DNA of 64,000 nucleotides from Gammaproteobacteria bacterium (GTDB taxonomy: Bacteria > Pseudomonadota > Gammaproteobacteria > Steroidobacterales > Rariloculaceae), in assembly GCA_036396795.1 (NCBI GenBank), contig DASWKF010000094.1:33061-97060 (forward strand), in the 5' to 3' direction. Of the stretch, positions 22,032 to 34,387 are shown piece after piece. The notes under the pieces are model-generated. The model worked only from the letters and a program-made list of their open reading frames with translations. It searched no databases and had not been told where the DNA came from. The position numbers and the translations under genes were made by a program. Positions within the stretch are counted from its first letter, which is position 1; each line of letters opens with the position of its first letter.

Positions 22032-22661
22032 GTGGCGATGACGCCGGTGATCGTCGTGCACGGCCTGTGGATGCCCGGCGCCGAGACCTGGTTTTTGCGG
22101 CGGCGTCTGCGCAGAGCCGGCTTCGACCCGCTGCAGTTTCGCTACCCGACCGTCACCGAGGACGTCACTCAGGGGGCCGCGCGTCTCGAGTCGTTTCTCG
22201 CGAGCGTGCCGGGCGAGACGCGGCATCTGATCGGCCATAGCCTGGGCGGCCTGGTGATCCTCGAGATGCTAGAGCGGCATGCGCCGCCTGGTGTCGGCCG
22301 GCTGGTGCTGCTCGGCAGCCCGTTGCGCGGCAGCGCCGCGGCGGCGAATCTGCTTCGCTATCCGGGTGGCTGCCGGCTGCTGGGGCGTGCCATGGCCCAA
22401 TGTCTCGCCGACGGGGGCAGGCGCCGCTGGGCGGGGCCGCAGCCGCTCGGCGTGATCGCAGGCAGCCGGCCGGTCGGCCTCGGCCGGCTGCTCGGGCCGA
22501 TGCCGGTACCGCACGACGGCACCGTGGCCGTGGCCGAGACCCGGATCGAAGGCGCCGCCGATCACCTGGTGCTGCCGGTGACTCATCTTTCGATGCTGTG
22601 GTCGGCGGCCGTCGCCGATCAGGCCGTGCATTTTCTTCGCGAGGGCCGCTTCGCTCACTAG
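22032..22661 (+). CDS. Alpha/beta-fold hydrolase (esterase/lipase-like)
   Basis: VIVVHGLWM oxyanion region and GHSLGG nucleophile elbow, ~209 aa. Confidence 0.7.
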   Translation: MAMTPVIVVHGLWMPGAETWFLRRRLRRAGFDPLQFRYPTVTEDVTQGAARLESFLASVPGETRHLIGHSLGGLVILEMLERHAPPGVGRLVLLGSPLRGSAAAANLLRYPGGCRLLGRAMAQCLADGGRRRWAGPQPLGVIAGSRPVGLGRLLGPMPVPHDGTVAVAETRIEGAADHLVLPVTHLSMLWSAAVADQAVHFLREGRFAH

Positions 22662-25249
22662 CTCCGCTCGCGGGCGTGCTCCGCGAGCTCCTGCAACAGC
22701 GCCCAGGCATCCCGCGGCGACAGGCCGTCGGCGTCCAGCGATGCCAGGCGCGCACGCAGCTCCTCGGCGACGGCGTCGCTTTCCGGCACTGCGCCGAAAG
22801 GCAAGCGTGCTTGCGGGCCGGCGCCGCGCAGGTCCTCGAGCTCGCGCTCGAGCTGGCCGAGGTAGCGGCGCGCCGCGTCGATGACGGCCTGCGGCACGCC
22901 GGCAAGCCTGGCGACGTGCAGGCCGTAGCTCTGATTCGCCGGGCCTTGCTTGACGCTGTGCAGGAAGATCAGCTCCTCGCCGTGCTCGGTAGCGTCGAGG
23001 TGCACGTTGGCCGTCGCCGGCAGCTCCTCGGCGAGGCCCGTGAGCTCGAAGTAGTGGGTCGCGAACAAGGTGAACGCGCGCGGCCCCTGAGCGATGAAAC
23101 GCGCCGCCGCCCAAGCCAGCGACAAGCCGTCGAAGGTGCTGGTGCCGCGGCCGATCTCGTCCATGATCACGAGGCTCGAATCGGTCGCGTTATTCAGAAT
23201 GTTTGCCGTCTCGGTCATCTCGACCATGAAGGTCGAGCGCCCGGCGGCGAGATCGTCGCCCGCGCCGATGCGCGTGAAGATCCGGTCGACCGGGCCGATC
23301 ACGGCCGAGGCGGCCGGCACGAAGCTGCCGATGTGGGCGAGGATCACGATCAACGCTGTCTGGCGCATATAGGTCGACTTGCCGCCCATGTTCGGCCCGG
23401 TGATCACGAGCAGGCGGCGCTGATCGTCGAGCGTCAGATCGTTGGGCACGAACGGCGCCGAGCTCGCCTGCTCGACGCTCAGATGGCGGCCGTCCGCATA
23501 GCGGATCTCGGGGCGCTCGCTGAGCTTTGGACGCACGAGGCTCAAGCGCAGCGCCCGCTCCGCAAGATTGCCGAGCACGTCGACCTCGGCGAGCGCCGCC
23601 GCCGTGTGTTGCAGCGCCGCCAGCGACTCGTTGAGGCGATCGAGCAGCGCCTCGTAGAGCGCCCGCTCGCGCGCCAGCGCCCGCTCGCGCGCGCCGAGAA
23701 CCTTGTCCTCGAATTCCTTGAGCTGCGGCGTCACGTAGCGCTCGGCGCTCTTCAAGGTCTGGCGGCGCACGTAGTCCGCCGGCGCCGCCTCGGCCTGCGC
23801 CCGCGAGATCTCGATGTAGTAGCCGTGCACGCGGTTGTAGCCCAGCCGCAAGCCGCTCAAGCCGGTGCGCTCGCGTTCCCGGGTCTCGAGCTCGTCGAGA
23901 AAACGCTTCGCGTCCTGGCTGATCGCGCGCAGCTCGTCGAGCTCGGCGTCGTGGCCGGCGGCGATCACGCCACCGTCGCGAATCGAGACCGGCGGCTCGG
24001 CGACGACGGCCCGCTCGAGCAGCGCCTGCTCCTGCGCGTGCGGGCCGATGCACAGACAGAGCTCCTCGAGCCGCGGCACGCCCGCAAGCGCATCCAAGGC
24101 ACCGCGTATCGCCGGCAGCCTGGCGAGGGCTTCGCGCAGCCTCGAGAGGTCGCGCGGCCTCGCCGAGCGCAGCGCGACGCGCGCGAGTATGCGCTCGAGG
24201 TCGCCGATCTCGTCGAGCTCGGCGCGAAGCTCCGATGGTCTCGCCTGCGTCAACGCCGCCACCGCGTCCTGGCGCGCGTGCAACACGCTGCGGTCGCGAA
24301 TCGGCTGATTGAGCCAGTGCCGTAGCAGCCGGCTGCCCATCGGTGTCGCGCAGCGGTCCATGAGCCCCGCGAGCGTGAACTCATCGCGCTTGCCCAGGCT
24401 CGTCTCGAGCTCGAGGTTGCGCCGCGTCGCTGCGTCCATGATCAGGGTGCTCTCGAGGCGCTGGCGCGTGAGCCCGCGAACGTGCGGCACCGCGGCGAGC
24501 TGCGTGTCCTTGAGGTATTGCAGCAGCGCGCCCGCGGCCGCCACGCCCAAGGGCGCGTCCTCGACGTCGAAGCCCGAAAGATCGCGTGTGGCGAATTGGC
24601 GGCAGAGGTGCTCGCGCCCGGTATCGCTACGGAAATGCCAGCTGGGTCGTTCGCGCAGCCGCGCGCGCCCGGCGAGGCCTTCGGGCCGCTCGCCGTCCTC
24701 GGCGACGAGAAGCTCGGCGGGCCTGAGCCGCTCGAGCTCGGCATTGAGCGCCTCGGCATTCTCGAGCGCGGTGACCCAGAAGCGCCCGCTCGCCAGATCC
24801 AGCCAGGCGAGACCGTAGCTCGGCGGGCTCTGTGGCGCGCCCACGGCGAGGGCGGCGAGATAGCTCGAGCGCTTGGCGTCGAGCAGGGCCTCGTCGGTCA
24901 GGGTGCCGGGCGTGACGACCCGAACGACCCGGCGCTCCACCGGCCCCTTGGCGGCACGCGGATCGCCGATCTGCTCGCAGATCGCCACCGATTCGCCGAG
25001 CCGCACCAGGCGCGCGAGGTAGTTGTCGACGGAGTGCGCCGGCACGCCGGCCATCGGAATCGGCTGGCCGGCCGACTCGCCGCGGGTCGTCAGGGCGATG
25101 TCGATGAGCTTGGCGGCGCGGCGCGCGTCGTCGTAGAAGAGCTCGTAGAAATCCCCCATGCGATAGAGCAGCAGCGTGTCCGGGAACCCGGCCTTGAGGC
25201 TCAGGTACTGCTGCATCATCGGCGTATGGGCTTTGGTCGCGGCGTTCAT
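22658..25249 (-). CDS. mutS: DNA mismatch repair protein MutS
   Basis: 863 aa. TPMMQQYL...GDFYELF mismatch-binding motif, Walker [10 protein letters not shown]. Confidence 0.97.
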   Translation of the reverse strand: MNAATKAHTPMMQQYLSLKAGFPDTLLLYRMGDFYELFYDDARRAAKLIDIALTTRGESAGQPIPMAGVPAHSVDNYLARLVRLGESVAICEQIGDPRAAKGPVERRVVRVVTPGTLTDEALLDAKRSSYLAALAVGAPQSPPSYGLAWLDLASGRFWVTALENAEALNAELERLRPAELLVAEDGERPEGLAGRARLRERPSWHFRSDTGREHLCRQFATRDLSGFDVEDAPLGVAAAGALLQYLKDTQLAAVPHVRGLTRQRLESTLIMDAATRRNLELETSLGKRDEFTLAGLMDRCATPMGSRLLRHWLNQPIRDRSVLHARQDAVAALTQARPSELRAELDEIGDLERILARVALRSARPRDLSRLREALARLPAIRGALDALAGVPRLEELCLCIGPHAQEQALLERAVVAEPPVSIRDGGVIAAGHDAELDELRAISQDAKRFLDELETRERERTGLSGLRLGYNRVHGYYIEISRAQAEAAPADYVRRQTLKSAERYVTPQLKEFEDKVLGARERALARERALYEALLDRLNESLAALQHTAAALAEVDVLGNLAERALRLSLVRPKLSERPEIRYADGRHLSVEQASSAPFVPNDLTLDDQRRLLVITGPNMGGKSTYMRQTALIVILAHIGSFVPAASAVIGPVDRIFTRIGAGDDLAAGRSTFMVEMTETANILNNATDSSLVIMDEIGRGTSTFDGLSLAWAAARFIAQGPRAFTLFATHYFELTGLAEELPATANVHLDATEHGEELIFLHSVKQGPANQSYGLHVARLAGVPQAVIDAARRYLGQLERELEDLRGAGPQARLPFGAVPESDAVAEELRARLASLDADGLSPRDAWALLQELAEHARERS

Positions 25250-25290
25250 CGGCAGACCGCTATTGTAAGCGCGCGGGTTAAGATCGGCGC

Positions 25291-26388
25291 ATGCGCGTTG
25301 TCCATCTCGAAGCCGGCATGCAGCTCTTCGGCGGCGTGCGGCAGCTACGCTATCTCGTCCAGGGCCTCGGGCGCCTCGGCGTCGACAACGTGCTGCTCTG
25401 CCCCCGGGGCAGCGCGATCGCGGGCTCGGGAACGCCGGCCGAGGTCATCGAGCTTGCGATGCGCGGCGATCTCGATTTCGGAATGCGCCGCCGGATCGCC
25501 GAGGTGCTGCGCGCCGTGCGGCCGGATCTCCTGCACGTGCATTCACGCCGCGGCGCGGACCTCTACGGCGGCTTCGCCGCGCGTCGCGCCGGCGTCGCCG
25601 CGGTGCTGACGCGCCGGGTCGAGAGCGTCGAGCCCGGCCCCTGGGCACGCTTCAAGTACGCCGCTTACGATCGCGTCATCGCGATCTCAAGGGCGATTCG
25701 CGCGCAACTCGTCGACGACGTCGGGCTTGCGCCCGGCCGGGTCGCGCTCGTGCCCAGTGCCGTGGACACCGAGCTGTTTCATCCCACCGGCACGCGCGGG
25801 CGCTTGACGGACGCCTTCGGCCTGCCGGCGGACGCGCGCGTGCTCGGCTGCATCGCGCAGCTGATCCCGCGCAAGGGGCATGAGCTCCTATTGCGCAGCT
25901 TCGCGCGCCTGGCGGCGCGCTTTCGGCGCTTGCATCTGGTGTGCTTCGGCGAGGGCGGCTTGCGCGCGACGCTCCAGCGCCGCATCGAAACCTTGGGCCT
26001 GAGCTCGCAGGTCAGGCTCGCGGGCTTCAGAACGGACATCGCCGAGCTGATTCCTGAGCTCGATCTGCTGGTGCATCCGGCCGAGCGCGAGGGGCTCGGC
26101 GTGGCGGTGCTCGAGGCCATGGCTGCCTGTGTGCCGGTCGTCGCCTGCAGCGTCGGCGGCGTCGTCGACCTCATCGAGGACGGGGTGACCGGCTTGCTCG
26201 TGCGCCCGGGCGACGAGCTCGGCCTCACCGATGCGATCCAACGCGCGCTCACCGACTCGGCGCTGCGGACCCGTCTTGCGGACCGCGCGCGGCGAGTGGC
26301 CGAGACGGAGTTTTCGGTCGCGCGCATGGTAGAAGCTAATCTCGAGATCTATCGACAGGTGCGACGGGAACATGGCCGAAACCGATGA
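25291..26388 (+). CDS. Glycosyltransferase family 4 (GT-B fold)
   Basis: 365 aa. C-terminal [20 protein letters not shown]...G motif typical of GT4/GT1 retaining transferases. Confidence 0.8.
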   Translation: MRVVHLEAGMQLFGGVRQLRYLVQGLGRLGVDNVLLCPRGSAIAGSGTPAEVIELAMRGDLDFGMRRRIAEVLRAVRPDLLHVHSRRGADLYGGFAARRAGVAAVLTRRVESVEPGPWARFKYAAYDRVIAISRAIRAQLVDDVGLAPGRVALVPSAVDTELFHPTGTRGRLTDAFGLPADARVLGCIAQLIPRKGHELLLRSFARLAARFRRLHLVCFGEGGLRATLQRRIETLGLSSQVRLAGFRTDIAELIPELDLLVHPAEREGLGVAVLEAMAACVPVVACSVGGVVDLIEDGVTGLLVRPGDELGLTDAIQRALTDSALRTRLADRARRVAETEFSVARMVEANLEIYRQVRREHGRNR

Positions 26389-26875
26389 GGCGCTGGCGGC
26401 GCTCGCGCGCGAGCTCGGCGGCGCCTTGAGGAAGGCGGGCGTCAAGGTCGCGACCGCGGAGTCCTGCACGGGCGGCTGGCTCGCCAAGAGCATCACCGAC
26501 GTCGCCGGCAGCTCGGCGTGGTTCGGCTGGGGCGTCGTCAGCTATTCGAACGCGGCCAAGGCGAGCCTGCTGGGGGTGCCCGAGACGCTGCTGGCGGCGC
26601 ACGGCGCGGTCAGCGAGCCGGTGGTCAAGGCAATGGCGGAAGCCGCGCGACGCAGCGGCGGCGCCGACCTCGGCGTCGGCATCAGCGGCATCGCCGGGCC
26701 CGACGGCGCGACCCCCGGCAAGCCCGTCGGCACGGTCTGGGTCGCTTGGGCGAGCGGTGACGGCACTCGGGCCGAGCATCGCCTGTTCGCGGGCGACCGC
26801 GACGCCGTGCGCCGGCAGAGCGTCGCGCTGGCGCTCTGTGGGCTCTTGGCCGAGCTCGACCGGCGCCCGGCTTGA
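26372..26875 (+). CDS. pncC: Nicotinamide-nucleotide amidohydrolase PncC (CinA C-terminal domain)
   Basis: VATAESCTGGWLA...GVVSYSNAAK...GISGIAGPDG motifs, 167 aa. Immediately upstream of the recA region, as in pseudomonads. Confidence 0.88.
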   Translation: MAETDEALAALARELGGALRKAGVKVATAESCTGGWLAKSITDVAGSSAWFGWGVVSYSNAAKASLLGVPETLLAAHGAVSEPVVKAMAEAARRSGGADLGVGISGIAGPDGATPGKPVGTVWVAWASGDGTRAEHRLFAGDRDAVRRQSVALALCGLLAELDRRPA

Positions 26876-27423
26876 CGGCGCCGGTTTCGGCAGCGCAGGC
26901 CGGAGGCCCGGCGCCGCGCCGGCGGGTGTTCTTCGCGCTCTGGCCGGACGCGGCGACGCGCAAGGCGATCGTGCGTGCGAGCCGCCAGGCGGTGCGCCGC
27001 AGCGGCGGGCGGGCGGTGCCGGAGGCGAATCTGCACATCACGCTCGCGTTCCTCGGCCCGATCACGCCCGAGGATCTCGATCGCGTGCTGGCGATCGAGC
27101 CGCCGCCTTGCCGACCCTTCGGGCTCAGGCTCGAGCGCCTCGGCTTCTGGGACGGCTCGCGCGTGCTTTGGATCGGCCCGGCGGAGACCCCGCCGGCGTT
27201 GCTCGAGTTCGAGCAAGCGCTTTGGGACGGGCTCGTGGCGCTCGGCTTTACGCGCGAGCGGCGCATTTACCAGCCGCACCTGACGGTGGCGCGCAAGGCG
27301 CAGGCGGCGCGCGGCGAGGTGACGGCCGTGACCTGGCCGGTGTCGGGCATCGCGCTGGTCGAGTCGCGGCCGAGCCCGCGCAGCGCGCGCTACGAGGTGC
27401 TGCGCGAGTGGGCTTTCGCGTGA
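26872..27423 (+). CDS. thpR: RNA 2',3'-cyclic phosphodiesterase ThpR (LigT, 2H family)
   Basis: Two HxT/S motifs (HITLAFLG and HLTVARK). TTG start overlaps the pncC stop; start uncertain. Confidence 0.78.
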   Translation: MTAPVSAAQAGGPAPRRRVFFALWPDAATRKAIVRASRQAVRRSGGRAVPEANLHITLAFLGPITPEDLDRVLAIEPPPCRPFGLRLERLGFWDGSRVLWIGPAETPPALLEFEQALWDGLVALGFTRERRIYQPHLTVARKAQAARGEVTAVTWPVSGIALVESRPSPRSARYEVLREWAFA

Positions 27424-27430
27424 GGCTGTC

Positions 27431-27516
27431 GGAAGACGCGGGAGCGGCGATATAGGCCCTCTCGGTCAGAGTTTCACATTCCCTCGAGGACCTATATCCC
27501 CGCTCCCGCGTCCTCC
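27431..27516. repeat. Hairpin unit 1 of the paired element upstream of recA
   Basis: Arms 27431-27456 and 27491-27516 are 24/26 complementary. They enclose a 34-nt loop containing core CTCTCGGTCAGAGTTTCACATTCCCTCGA (27459-27487). Confidence 0.8.
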
Positions 27517-27533
27517 GGGTCGCCGTGGCGTTT

Positions 27534-27615
27534 GGGGCGTGAAGGCGGCGCCATGGGTGCTCGAAGGAATGTGAAACTCTGACTGAGAGCGCCCATGGCG
27601 CCGCCTTTACGCCGC
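27534..27615. repeat. Hairpin unit 2 of the paired element upstream of recA
   Basis: Arms 27534-27560 and 27589-27615 are 24/27 Watson-Crick complementary (26/27 counting G-U). Loop 27561-27589 is the reverse complement of the unit 1 core (27/29). Confidence 0.8.
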
Positions 27616-27727
27616 GCGGAGTAATTCTCGGTCGAGCGGCGAAAAAGCAGCGATGTTCCGGCTCCGAATCTGTGGAATAATCGAGCGCACATCTTTCTTC
27701 GTAGCACTCATAGCCCGGGACACACAT

Positions 27728-28751
<1,024 letters not shown>

Positions 28752-28774
<23 letters not shown>

Positions 28775-29240
28775 TCCGGACGCGGATCCGGCCGACGCCG
28801 AGCGGCGTTGCCGCCGGCAGGCCATGGACTTGCTGGCGAGGCGCGAGCACAGCCGGCTCGAGCTCGAGCGCAAGCTCGCTACCGGCGGCTTCGAGCCGCT
28901 CCTGATAGCGGCCGTGCTCGACGGCTTGCAGCGGGACCGCCTGTTGGAGGAAAGCCGCTACCTCGAGAGCTTCATCCGCGCGCATGCGCGCAAGGGCAAG
29001 GGCCCGGCGCGCATCCGCCTCGAGCTCAAGGAGCGCGGCGTCGCCGACGGCCCGATCCGCGACGCGCTGGCGCTCGCCGGCTTCGACTGGGTGGCGCTCG
29101 CGGCCGAGGCCCGGGCGAAACGCTTCGGAATGGTTCGGCCGAAAGACTTCAAGGAACGTGCGCGGCAGGCGAGATTCCTGCAATACCGGGGCTTTACGAC
29201 CGATCAAATCAATGCGGCACTGGATCTTGCGGCCGATTAG
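28752..29240 (+). CDS. recX: RecA regulator RecX
   Basis: [19 protein letters not shown] and three-repeat helical RecX pattern, ~162 aa from GTG 28752 (alternative ATG 28824). Directly after recA. Confidence 0.85.
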
Positions 29241-29291
29241 CATTAGCGTGCGTTCCCCGACGCCGGGGGCACCCGCGAGAGCCGTAGTCCA

Positions 29292-31898
29292 GTGAACCGC
29301 ACCAGCAACGAGCTGCGCCGAGCCTTTCTCGACTTCTTCGCCGCGCGCGACCACGAAATCGTGCCGGGCTCGTCGCTGGTGCCCCACGACGATCCGACGC
29401 TGCTGTTCACCAACGCCGGCATGGTGCAGTTCAAGGACGCCTTTCTCGGCCGCGAGCAGCGCAAGCTGCCGCGCGCGGCGAGCGCGCAACGCTGTGTGCG
29501 CGCCGGCGGCAAGCACAACGATCTCGAGAACGTCGGCTACACCGCGCGCCATCACACTTTGTTCGAGATGCTCGGCAATTTCAGCTTCGGCGATTATTTC
29601 AAGCACGAAGCGATTCACTACGCCTGGGAATTCGTCACCCGCGTGCTCGAGCTCCCGCCCGAGCGGCTCTGGTGCACGGTGTTCGAGGACGACGAGCTCG
29701 CCGCGCGCATTTGGCTCGAGGACATCGGCATCGATCCGAAGCGCTTCCGCCGGTTGGGGCTCGAGGACAACTTCTGGGCGATGGGCGACACGGGGCCTTG
29801 CGGTCCTTGCAGCGAGATTTTTTACGACCACGGGCCGCAGATCGCCGGCGGCCCGCCCGGCTCGCCCGAGGAGGACGGCGACCGTTACGTCGAGATCTGG
29901 AATCTCGTGTTCATGCAGTTCGAGCGCGACGCCGAAGGCACGCTCGCGCCTCTGCCCAAGCCCTCCGTCGACACCGGCATGGGGCTCGAGCGGCTCGCCG
30001 CGGTGATGCAGGGCGTCCATTCCAACTACGAGACCGACCTCTTCGCCGCGCTCATCGAGGACGCGATGGAGCTCACGCGCACGCCGGACGCGGCAAGCAA
30101 GTCCCTGCGCGTGATCGCCGATCACATCCGCGCCTGTTCGTTTCTGATCGCCGACGGCGTGCTGCCGGGCAACGAGGGCCGCGGCTACGTCCTGCGCCGC
30201 ATCATCCGCCGCGCCGTTCGGCACGGCTACAAGCTCGGCACCGAGGAGCCGTTCTTCCACCGGCTCGTCGCCTCCCTCGAGGCGCAGATGGGCGGGGCGT
30301 ATCCCGAGCTCAAGGTGCAGCGCACGCACGTCGAGCGGGTGCTGCGGCAGGAAGAGGAGCGCTTCGCCGAGACGCTGTCGCACGGGATGGGGATACTCGA
30401 GGAAGCCATCGCAGCGCTTCCGGCAGGCGCGCGCATCCCGGGAGAGACGGTGTTCAAGCTCTACGACACTTTCGGTTTCCCCGAGGACCTGACGGCCGAC
30501 ATCGCCCGCGAGCGGGGCCTTACGATCGACCACGCCGGCTTCGAGCAGGCGATGGACGCGCAGCGCGAGCGCGCGCGCAAGGCGAGCCGCTTTGCCGTCG
30601 GCGACAGCAAGCTGCCGCAAGTCGACGCGGCGACGAGCTTCGTCGGCTACGAGACGCTCGAAGCGGCGGCGATGGTCGTCGCGCTCTACGCCGGCAGCGA
30701 GCCGGTCGACTCGCTCGAGACGGGCGAGAACGGCATCGTGGTGCTCGACGCCACGCCCTTCTACGCCGAGAGCGGCGGGCAGGTCGGCGACAGCGGCGCG
30801 CTCGTGTCTCAAACCGCCGAGTTTCAGGTCGAGGACACGCAGAAGCTCAAGCTCGCGCACGGGCATATCGGCCGCGTGCGACGCGGCCGGCTCACCGTCG
30901 GCGATCGCGTGCAAGCCCGCGTCGATGCGCCGCGCCGCGAGGCGATCGTGCTGCATCACTCGGCGACACATCTGCTGCACGCGGCGCTGCGCAAAGTGCT
31001 CGGACCTCACGTGCAGCAGAAAGGCTCGCTGGTCGCGCCGGACCGCCTGCGTTTCGACTTCTCGCACTACCAGGCCGTGAGCCCGGCCGAGCTCGAAACC
31101 GTCGAGCGGCTCGTGAACGCGCAGATCCGCGGCAACGCCGCGGCCGAGATCCGCGAGATGCCCTACAGCCAAGCGATCGCCGCCGGCGCGCTGGCGTTCT
31201 TCGGCGATAAGTACGCGGACGAGGTGCGCGTGCTCAAGCTCGGCCCGCTCTCGACGGAGCTTTGCGGCGGCACCCACGTGAGTCGCACCGGCGACATCGG
31301 CGGCTTCAAGATCACCTCCGAGAGCGGCATTGCAGCCGGCGTCAGGCGCATCGAAGCGGTGACCGGCGCGGTCGCCGAGGCCTGGCTCGGCGCCAACCAG
31401 CAGCGGCTGCAAGACGTCGCCGCCCTGCTCAAGAGCGCGCCTGAGGAGGTTGTCGACAAGGTCGGCCAGCTACTCGAGCGCCAGCGCGGCCTCGAGCGCG
31501 AGCTCGAGGGCCTCAGAGGCCGACTCGCCTCGGGCGACGGCCGCGACCTGCTCGAGCGCGCCGTGGAGGTCAAAGGCGTCAAAGTGCTCGCCGCGCGGCT
31601 CGACGGTGCCGATTCCAAGGCGCTCAGGACCGCCGCCGATCAGCTCAAGGACCGTCTCGGCTCGGGAGTGGTCGTGCTCGGCGCGGTCGAGGCCGGCAAG
31701 GTGCGCCTCGTCGCCGGCGTGACCGCGGATCTGACGGCGACCCTCAAGGCCGGCGAGCTCATCCGGCCGGTCGCCGAGCACGTCGGCGGCCGCGGCGGCG
31801 GCAGGGCGGATTTCGCCCAGGCCGGCGGCAACGAGCCCGAGAAGCTCGACGCGGCGCTGGCGCTGGTCCCCGGCCAGGTGGCCGCGGCCCTACCCTGA
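29292..31898 (+). CDS. alaS: Alanine--tRNA ligase
   Basis: 868 aa. [29 protein letters not shown], editing-domain HSATHLLH, C-terminal DHHA1-like region. GTG start. Confidence 0.97.
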   Translation: MNRTSNELRRAFLDFFAARDHEIVPGSSLVPHDDPTLLFTNAGMVQFKDAFLGREQRKLPRAASAQRCVRAGGKHNDLENVGYTARHHTLFEMLGNFSFGDYFKHEAIHYAWEFVTRVLELPPERLWCTVFEDDELAARIWLEDIGIDPKRFRRLGLEDNFWAMGDTGPCGPCSEIFYDHGPQIAGGPPGSPEEDGDRYVEIWNLVFMQFERDAEGTLAPLPKPSVDTGMGLERLAAVMQGVHSNYETDLFAALIEDAMELTRTPDAASKSLRVIADHIRACSFLIADGVLPGNEGRGYVLRRIIRRAVRHGYKLGTEEPFFHRLVASLEAQMGGAYPELKVQRTHVERVLRQEEERFAETLSHGMGILEEAIAALPAGARIPGETVFKLYDTFGFPEDLTADIARERGLTIDHAGFEQAMDAQRERARKASRFAVGDSKLPQVDAATSFVGYETLEAAAMVVALYAGSEPVDSLETGENGIVVLDATPFYAESGGQVGDSGALVSQTAEFQVEDTQKLKLAHGHIGRVRRGRLTVGDRVQARVDAPRREAIVLHHSATHLLHAALRKVLGPHVQQKGSLVAPDRLRFDFSHYQAVSPAELETVERLVNAQIRGNAAAEIREMPYSQAIAAGALAFFGDKYADEVRVLKLGPLSTELCGGTHVSRTGDIGGFKITSESGIAAGVRRIEAVTGAVAEAWLGANQQRLQDVAALLKSAPEEVVDKVGQLLERQRGLERELEGLRGRLASGDGRDLLERAVEVKGVKVLAARLDGADSKALRTAADQLKDRLGSGVVVLGAVEAGKVRLVAGVTADLTATLKAGELIRPVAEHVGGRGGGRADFAQAGGNEPEKLDAALALVPGQVAAALP

Positions 31899-32178
31899 GC
31901 TCTGGAGTCGATCCGAACAAGTCGTTGCCCCCGGGGCAAAATGGATTAACATAGGTCCACCGGAGCGTTGCGTGCAGCGTTCCGGTCACAAGGGGGGCCG
32001 GCCGCAACTTAACAAGACCAAGGCCGGCCAAGCCCGGACGCTCCTGAGCTTCGCAGCTCGCTGCGGGCCTGATTCTAAAGCTCCGGTGCCGAAGGGCGGT
32101 CACGAGCGCTTCAGCGAACAAGCCGCGCGGGACGACGTGGCGGGCGCTCGGTGACGACGACCGAGAAGGAGTTTGGCT

Positions 32179-32391
32179 ATGCTGATCTTGACCCGGCGGG
32201 TGGGGGAGACGGTGGTGATTGGCGACGACGTCACCGTGACTGTTCTTGGCGTAAAAGGCAATCAGGTGCGTTTGGGTGTGAACGCGCCGAAGCAAGTCGC
32301 CGTGCATCGCGAGGAAATCTACGAGCGCATCAGGCGCGAGCAAGCCCACGAAGAAGCCGCGCCGGCGCAAGCCGTAGGCGCCGGCCGCTAA
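32179..32391 (+). CDS. csrA: Carbon storage regulator CsrA
   Basis: [44 protein letters not shown] Shine-Dalgarno 9 nt upstream of ATG 32179. Longer Ala-rich C-terminal tail than E. coli CsrA. Confidence 0.95.
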   Translation: MLILTRRVGETVVIGDDVTVTVLGVKGNQVRLGVNAPKQVAVHREEIYERIRREQAHEEAAPAQAVGAGR

Positions 32392-32502
32392 CGGCTCGAG
32401 CGCCAGCGACAACGCACTCGTCGCATTCGTGCTCAAAGCATGGGACCCGGCGCGCCGCGCGCTCGCCTGGCTGCGGTTTGCTCGTTAGAATCAAGATTGC
32501 GC

Positions 32503-32595
32503 GGAGAGGTGGCTGAGTGGTCGAAAGCGCTCCCCTGCTAAGGGAGTAAGGGCACAAAACGCCCTTCGAGGGTTCGAATCCCTCCCTCTCCGCCA
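32503..32595 (+). tRNA. tRNA-Ser (anticodon GCU), class II with long variable arm, CCA encoded
   Basis: Hand-folded. Acceptor GGAGAGG/CCTCTCC. Anticodon stem CTCCC/GGGAG with loop CTGCTAA. Variable stem AGGGC/GCCCT. T arm GAGGG-TTCGAAT-CCCTC, then discriminator G + CCA. Same position as serV after csrA in E. coli. Confidence 0.93.
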
Positions 32596-32609
32596 TACTG
32601 CCTTATTAG

Positions 32610-33110
32610 TCAGTATGTTACCTGACATGTGCCGGGTCTGTCCCACATCAAGTCCCACAAACATTCGAAGAGACGATCGGTACATTTGCCTACCTTTCGG
32701 CGCGATGCGGTCAAGGCCCTGCGGACTGCCGCTGGAAAAATAACTTCCCTTCGTCGGTTGCCGCTTTCGAAACGACGATCGCGCGCGACGTTGCCGAGAG
32801 AAGCCATCGGATCATCCGTACCGTTCGCTACATGGAATTGTCAGCCGATCGATTCGCCATCCGCTGGATCTACGACTCCAGTCTTCTCTGGTATTCGCGC
32901 CCCAGGTGACGTGCCACCGGTCGTTTGCAACCAAACGGTCAATCAGCAGGGTATCGCGACCGGCCGTCTCGGAGTACCCCGGTCACTGGAACGACCAAAC
33001 GAGCTGAAACCGTGCGTCGGAACTCGGCCAGCTGCGGCCCTTATTCGACTTGCCGAGGACTGCTACGAAGCCGTCCGTGTAGCGGGAGCCTTGAACGGCT
33101 TGCAATGCGC
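32610..33110 (-). pseudogene. Possible decayed tyrosine-recombinase (integrase) remnant
   Basis: Weak. Minus-strand frames interrupted by stops contain FVAVLGKSNKGRSWPSS (resembles the GKGxKxRxVP integrase motif) and a C-terminal piece ending ...GTCQVTY* abutting the tRNA. Motif-level evidence only. Confidence 0.25.
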
Positions 33111-33186
33111 GCTCCTACGAGTGCCCCGACCGGTTCTGAGGCCGGGCAATGCCGAAGGCAGCTGGTGAGCTAGCGTCCGTCCCTGC

Positions 33187-33435
33187 TCAGGGCGTGGCCC
33201 GTATCGATGGCCGCCTGGCCCTGCGCCGCGTCAGCAAGCGTGAGATATGAAAAACGTTCAACGCGACGAAGAACAAGTTCCACCAGACGACAGTCATGAG
33301 CGGCTCCGGTTGCAGATAGAAATAGCCGACCAGACACATCGCGGCCGTGATCGTGAGCGCGCGCAGGCGCAATATGTCCTGCACGAAGTAGGACGCCAAA
33401 TAGAGCGTATTCGCGATATAGATTAAGGCTTCCAT
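33187..33435 (-). CDS. Small hypothetical membrane protein (2 TM)
   Basis: 82-aa ORF with two clear hydrophobic helices and a basic tail, co-directional with the upstream methyltransferase. No recognisable family. Confidence 0.4.
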   Translation of the reverse strand: MEALIYIANTLYLASYFVQDILRLRALTITAAMCLVGYFYLQPEPLMTVVWWNLFFVALNVFHISRLLTRRRARRPSIRATP

Positions 33436-33532
33436 TGTTTTGGCTTACCCTTACCGAATGATGGCCCGGCCGGTCCGCTCACCCCGGCGCACAAGACACA
33501 GGGGTTCGCGGTGCCGGAGCCGCGGGACGGTA

Positions 33533-34387
33533 TCAGGCGGATCGCTTGGTGACGACAACCTCCACATACTCGGCCGGGACGACCATCGTGCCGTCATGGG
33601 CGACGTTGCAGCGGTCGATCAACGCGAGCAGGTCGATGGTAAGCTGCTCCTGCGCGGCCTCCTCGAGGGCGCCGAACGCCTTTTGCAGCGGACCATAGAC
33701 CTCGCGCCAGAGCTCGAGCCAGTGGCGCGGCGACTTGTAGCGCCACACGTAGGTCTCTGCGGTGATTTCGATCGTGTTTGAATCCGTGTCGAATAGCTCG
33801 TTGAGGCGGTCCCTCGTGCCCCAGAGCGCCGGGGACTTGAGTCCCGCGGGCGGCGGCAGGTGTTTGCCGATCGTCTTGAACAACTGGCCGATGAAGCTCT
33901 CCGGCGTCCAGTTCGCGAGACCAATTTTCCCACCCGGACGGGTGACGCGCAGCATTTCGGCCGCGGCGCGATCCTGATCGGGTGCAAACATCACCCCGAA
34001 GCTCGAGGTGACGATGTCGAACGAGGCATCGGCGAACGACAGCTGCTCGGCATCAGCCTCTTGAAACGAAATCTCGAGACCTTCGCTTTCGGCGCGTTGT
34101 CTGCCGCGCTCGAGGAGCGCGGGCACGTAGTCGGTCGACGTCACGTCGCAGAAGCGGCGTGCGGCGGCGAGCGAGACGTTGCCGTTGCCGGCGGCCACAT
34201 CGAGGACGCGCTGGCCGGAGCGGACATCGAGTGTCTCGCAGAGGCGCTCGCCCACGATCTGGAGCGTGGTGCCGACTACGGAGTAGTCGCCAGCGGTCCA
34301 GGCCGCGCGTTGTTTGGACTTGATCGCGACAAAATCCGGCGTGGCGGATGGGGCGGGGGCGATCGATATTGTGTTGAGGTTGGTCAT
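33533..34387 (-). CDS. Class I SAM-dependent methyltransferase (Methyltransf_11-like)
   Basis: SAM motif I VLDVAAGNG, acidic post-I loop TSTDY, motif II/III FDIVTSSFGVMF...LRVTRPGGKI, 284 aa. Confidence 0.85.
   Translation of the reverse strand: MTNLNTISIAPAPSATPDFVAIKSKQRAAWTAGDYSVVGTTLQIVGERLCETLDVRSGQRVLDVAAGNGNVSLAAARRFCDVTSTDYVPALLERGRQRAESEGLEISFQEADAEQLSFADASFDIVTSSFGVMFAPDQDRAAAEMLRVTRPGGKIGLANWTPESFIGQLFKTIGKHLPPPAGLKSPALWGTRDRLNELFDTDSNTIEITAETYVWRYKSPRHWLELWREVYGPLQKAFGALEEAAQEQLTIDLLALIDRCNVAHDGTMVVPAEYVEVVVTKRSA

Noticed and set aside
16009-24325. Several 600-aa-class antisense ORFs (16009-17826 minus, 19097-20911 minus, 22400-24325 plus)
   Set aside because: Each lies opposite clpB, aspS or mutS respectively. 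None has recognisable motifs, and all show the Arg/Ala/Gly/Leu-rich bias of shadow frames.
27669-27684. SOS (LexA) box upstream of recA: CTGTGGAATAATCGAG
   Set aside because: It matches CTGT-N8 but ends CGAG instead of ACAG (2 mismatches in the conserved arm). No Xanthomonas-type TTAG...CTAA box was seen either. Too weak to call without knowing the LexA motif of this lineage.
31899-32178. Hairpins in the alaS-csrA spacer (TTGCCCCGGGGCAA at ~31924-31937; GGCCGGCC...GGCCGGCC at ~31998-32031) as terminator or sRNA
   Set aside because: Neither hairpin is followed by a T tract, and no conserved RNA motif was recognised. Likely an alaS 3' structure or csrA leader; insufficient evidence for a feature call.
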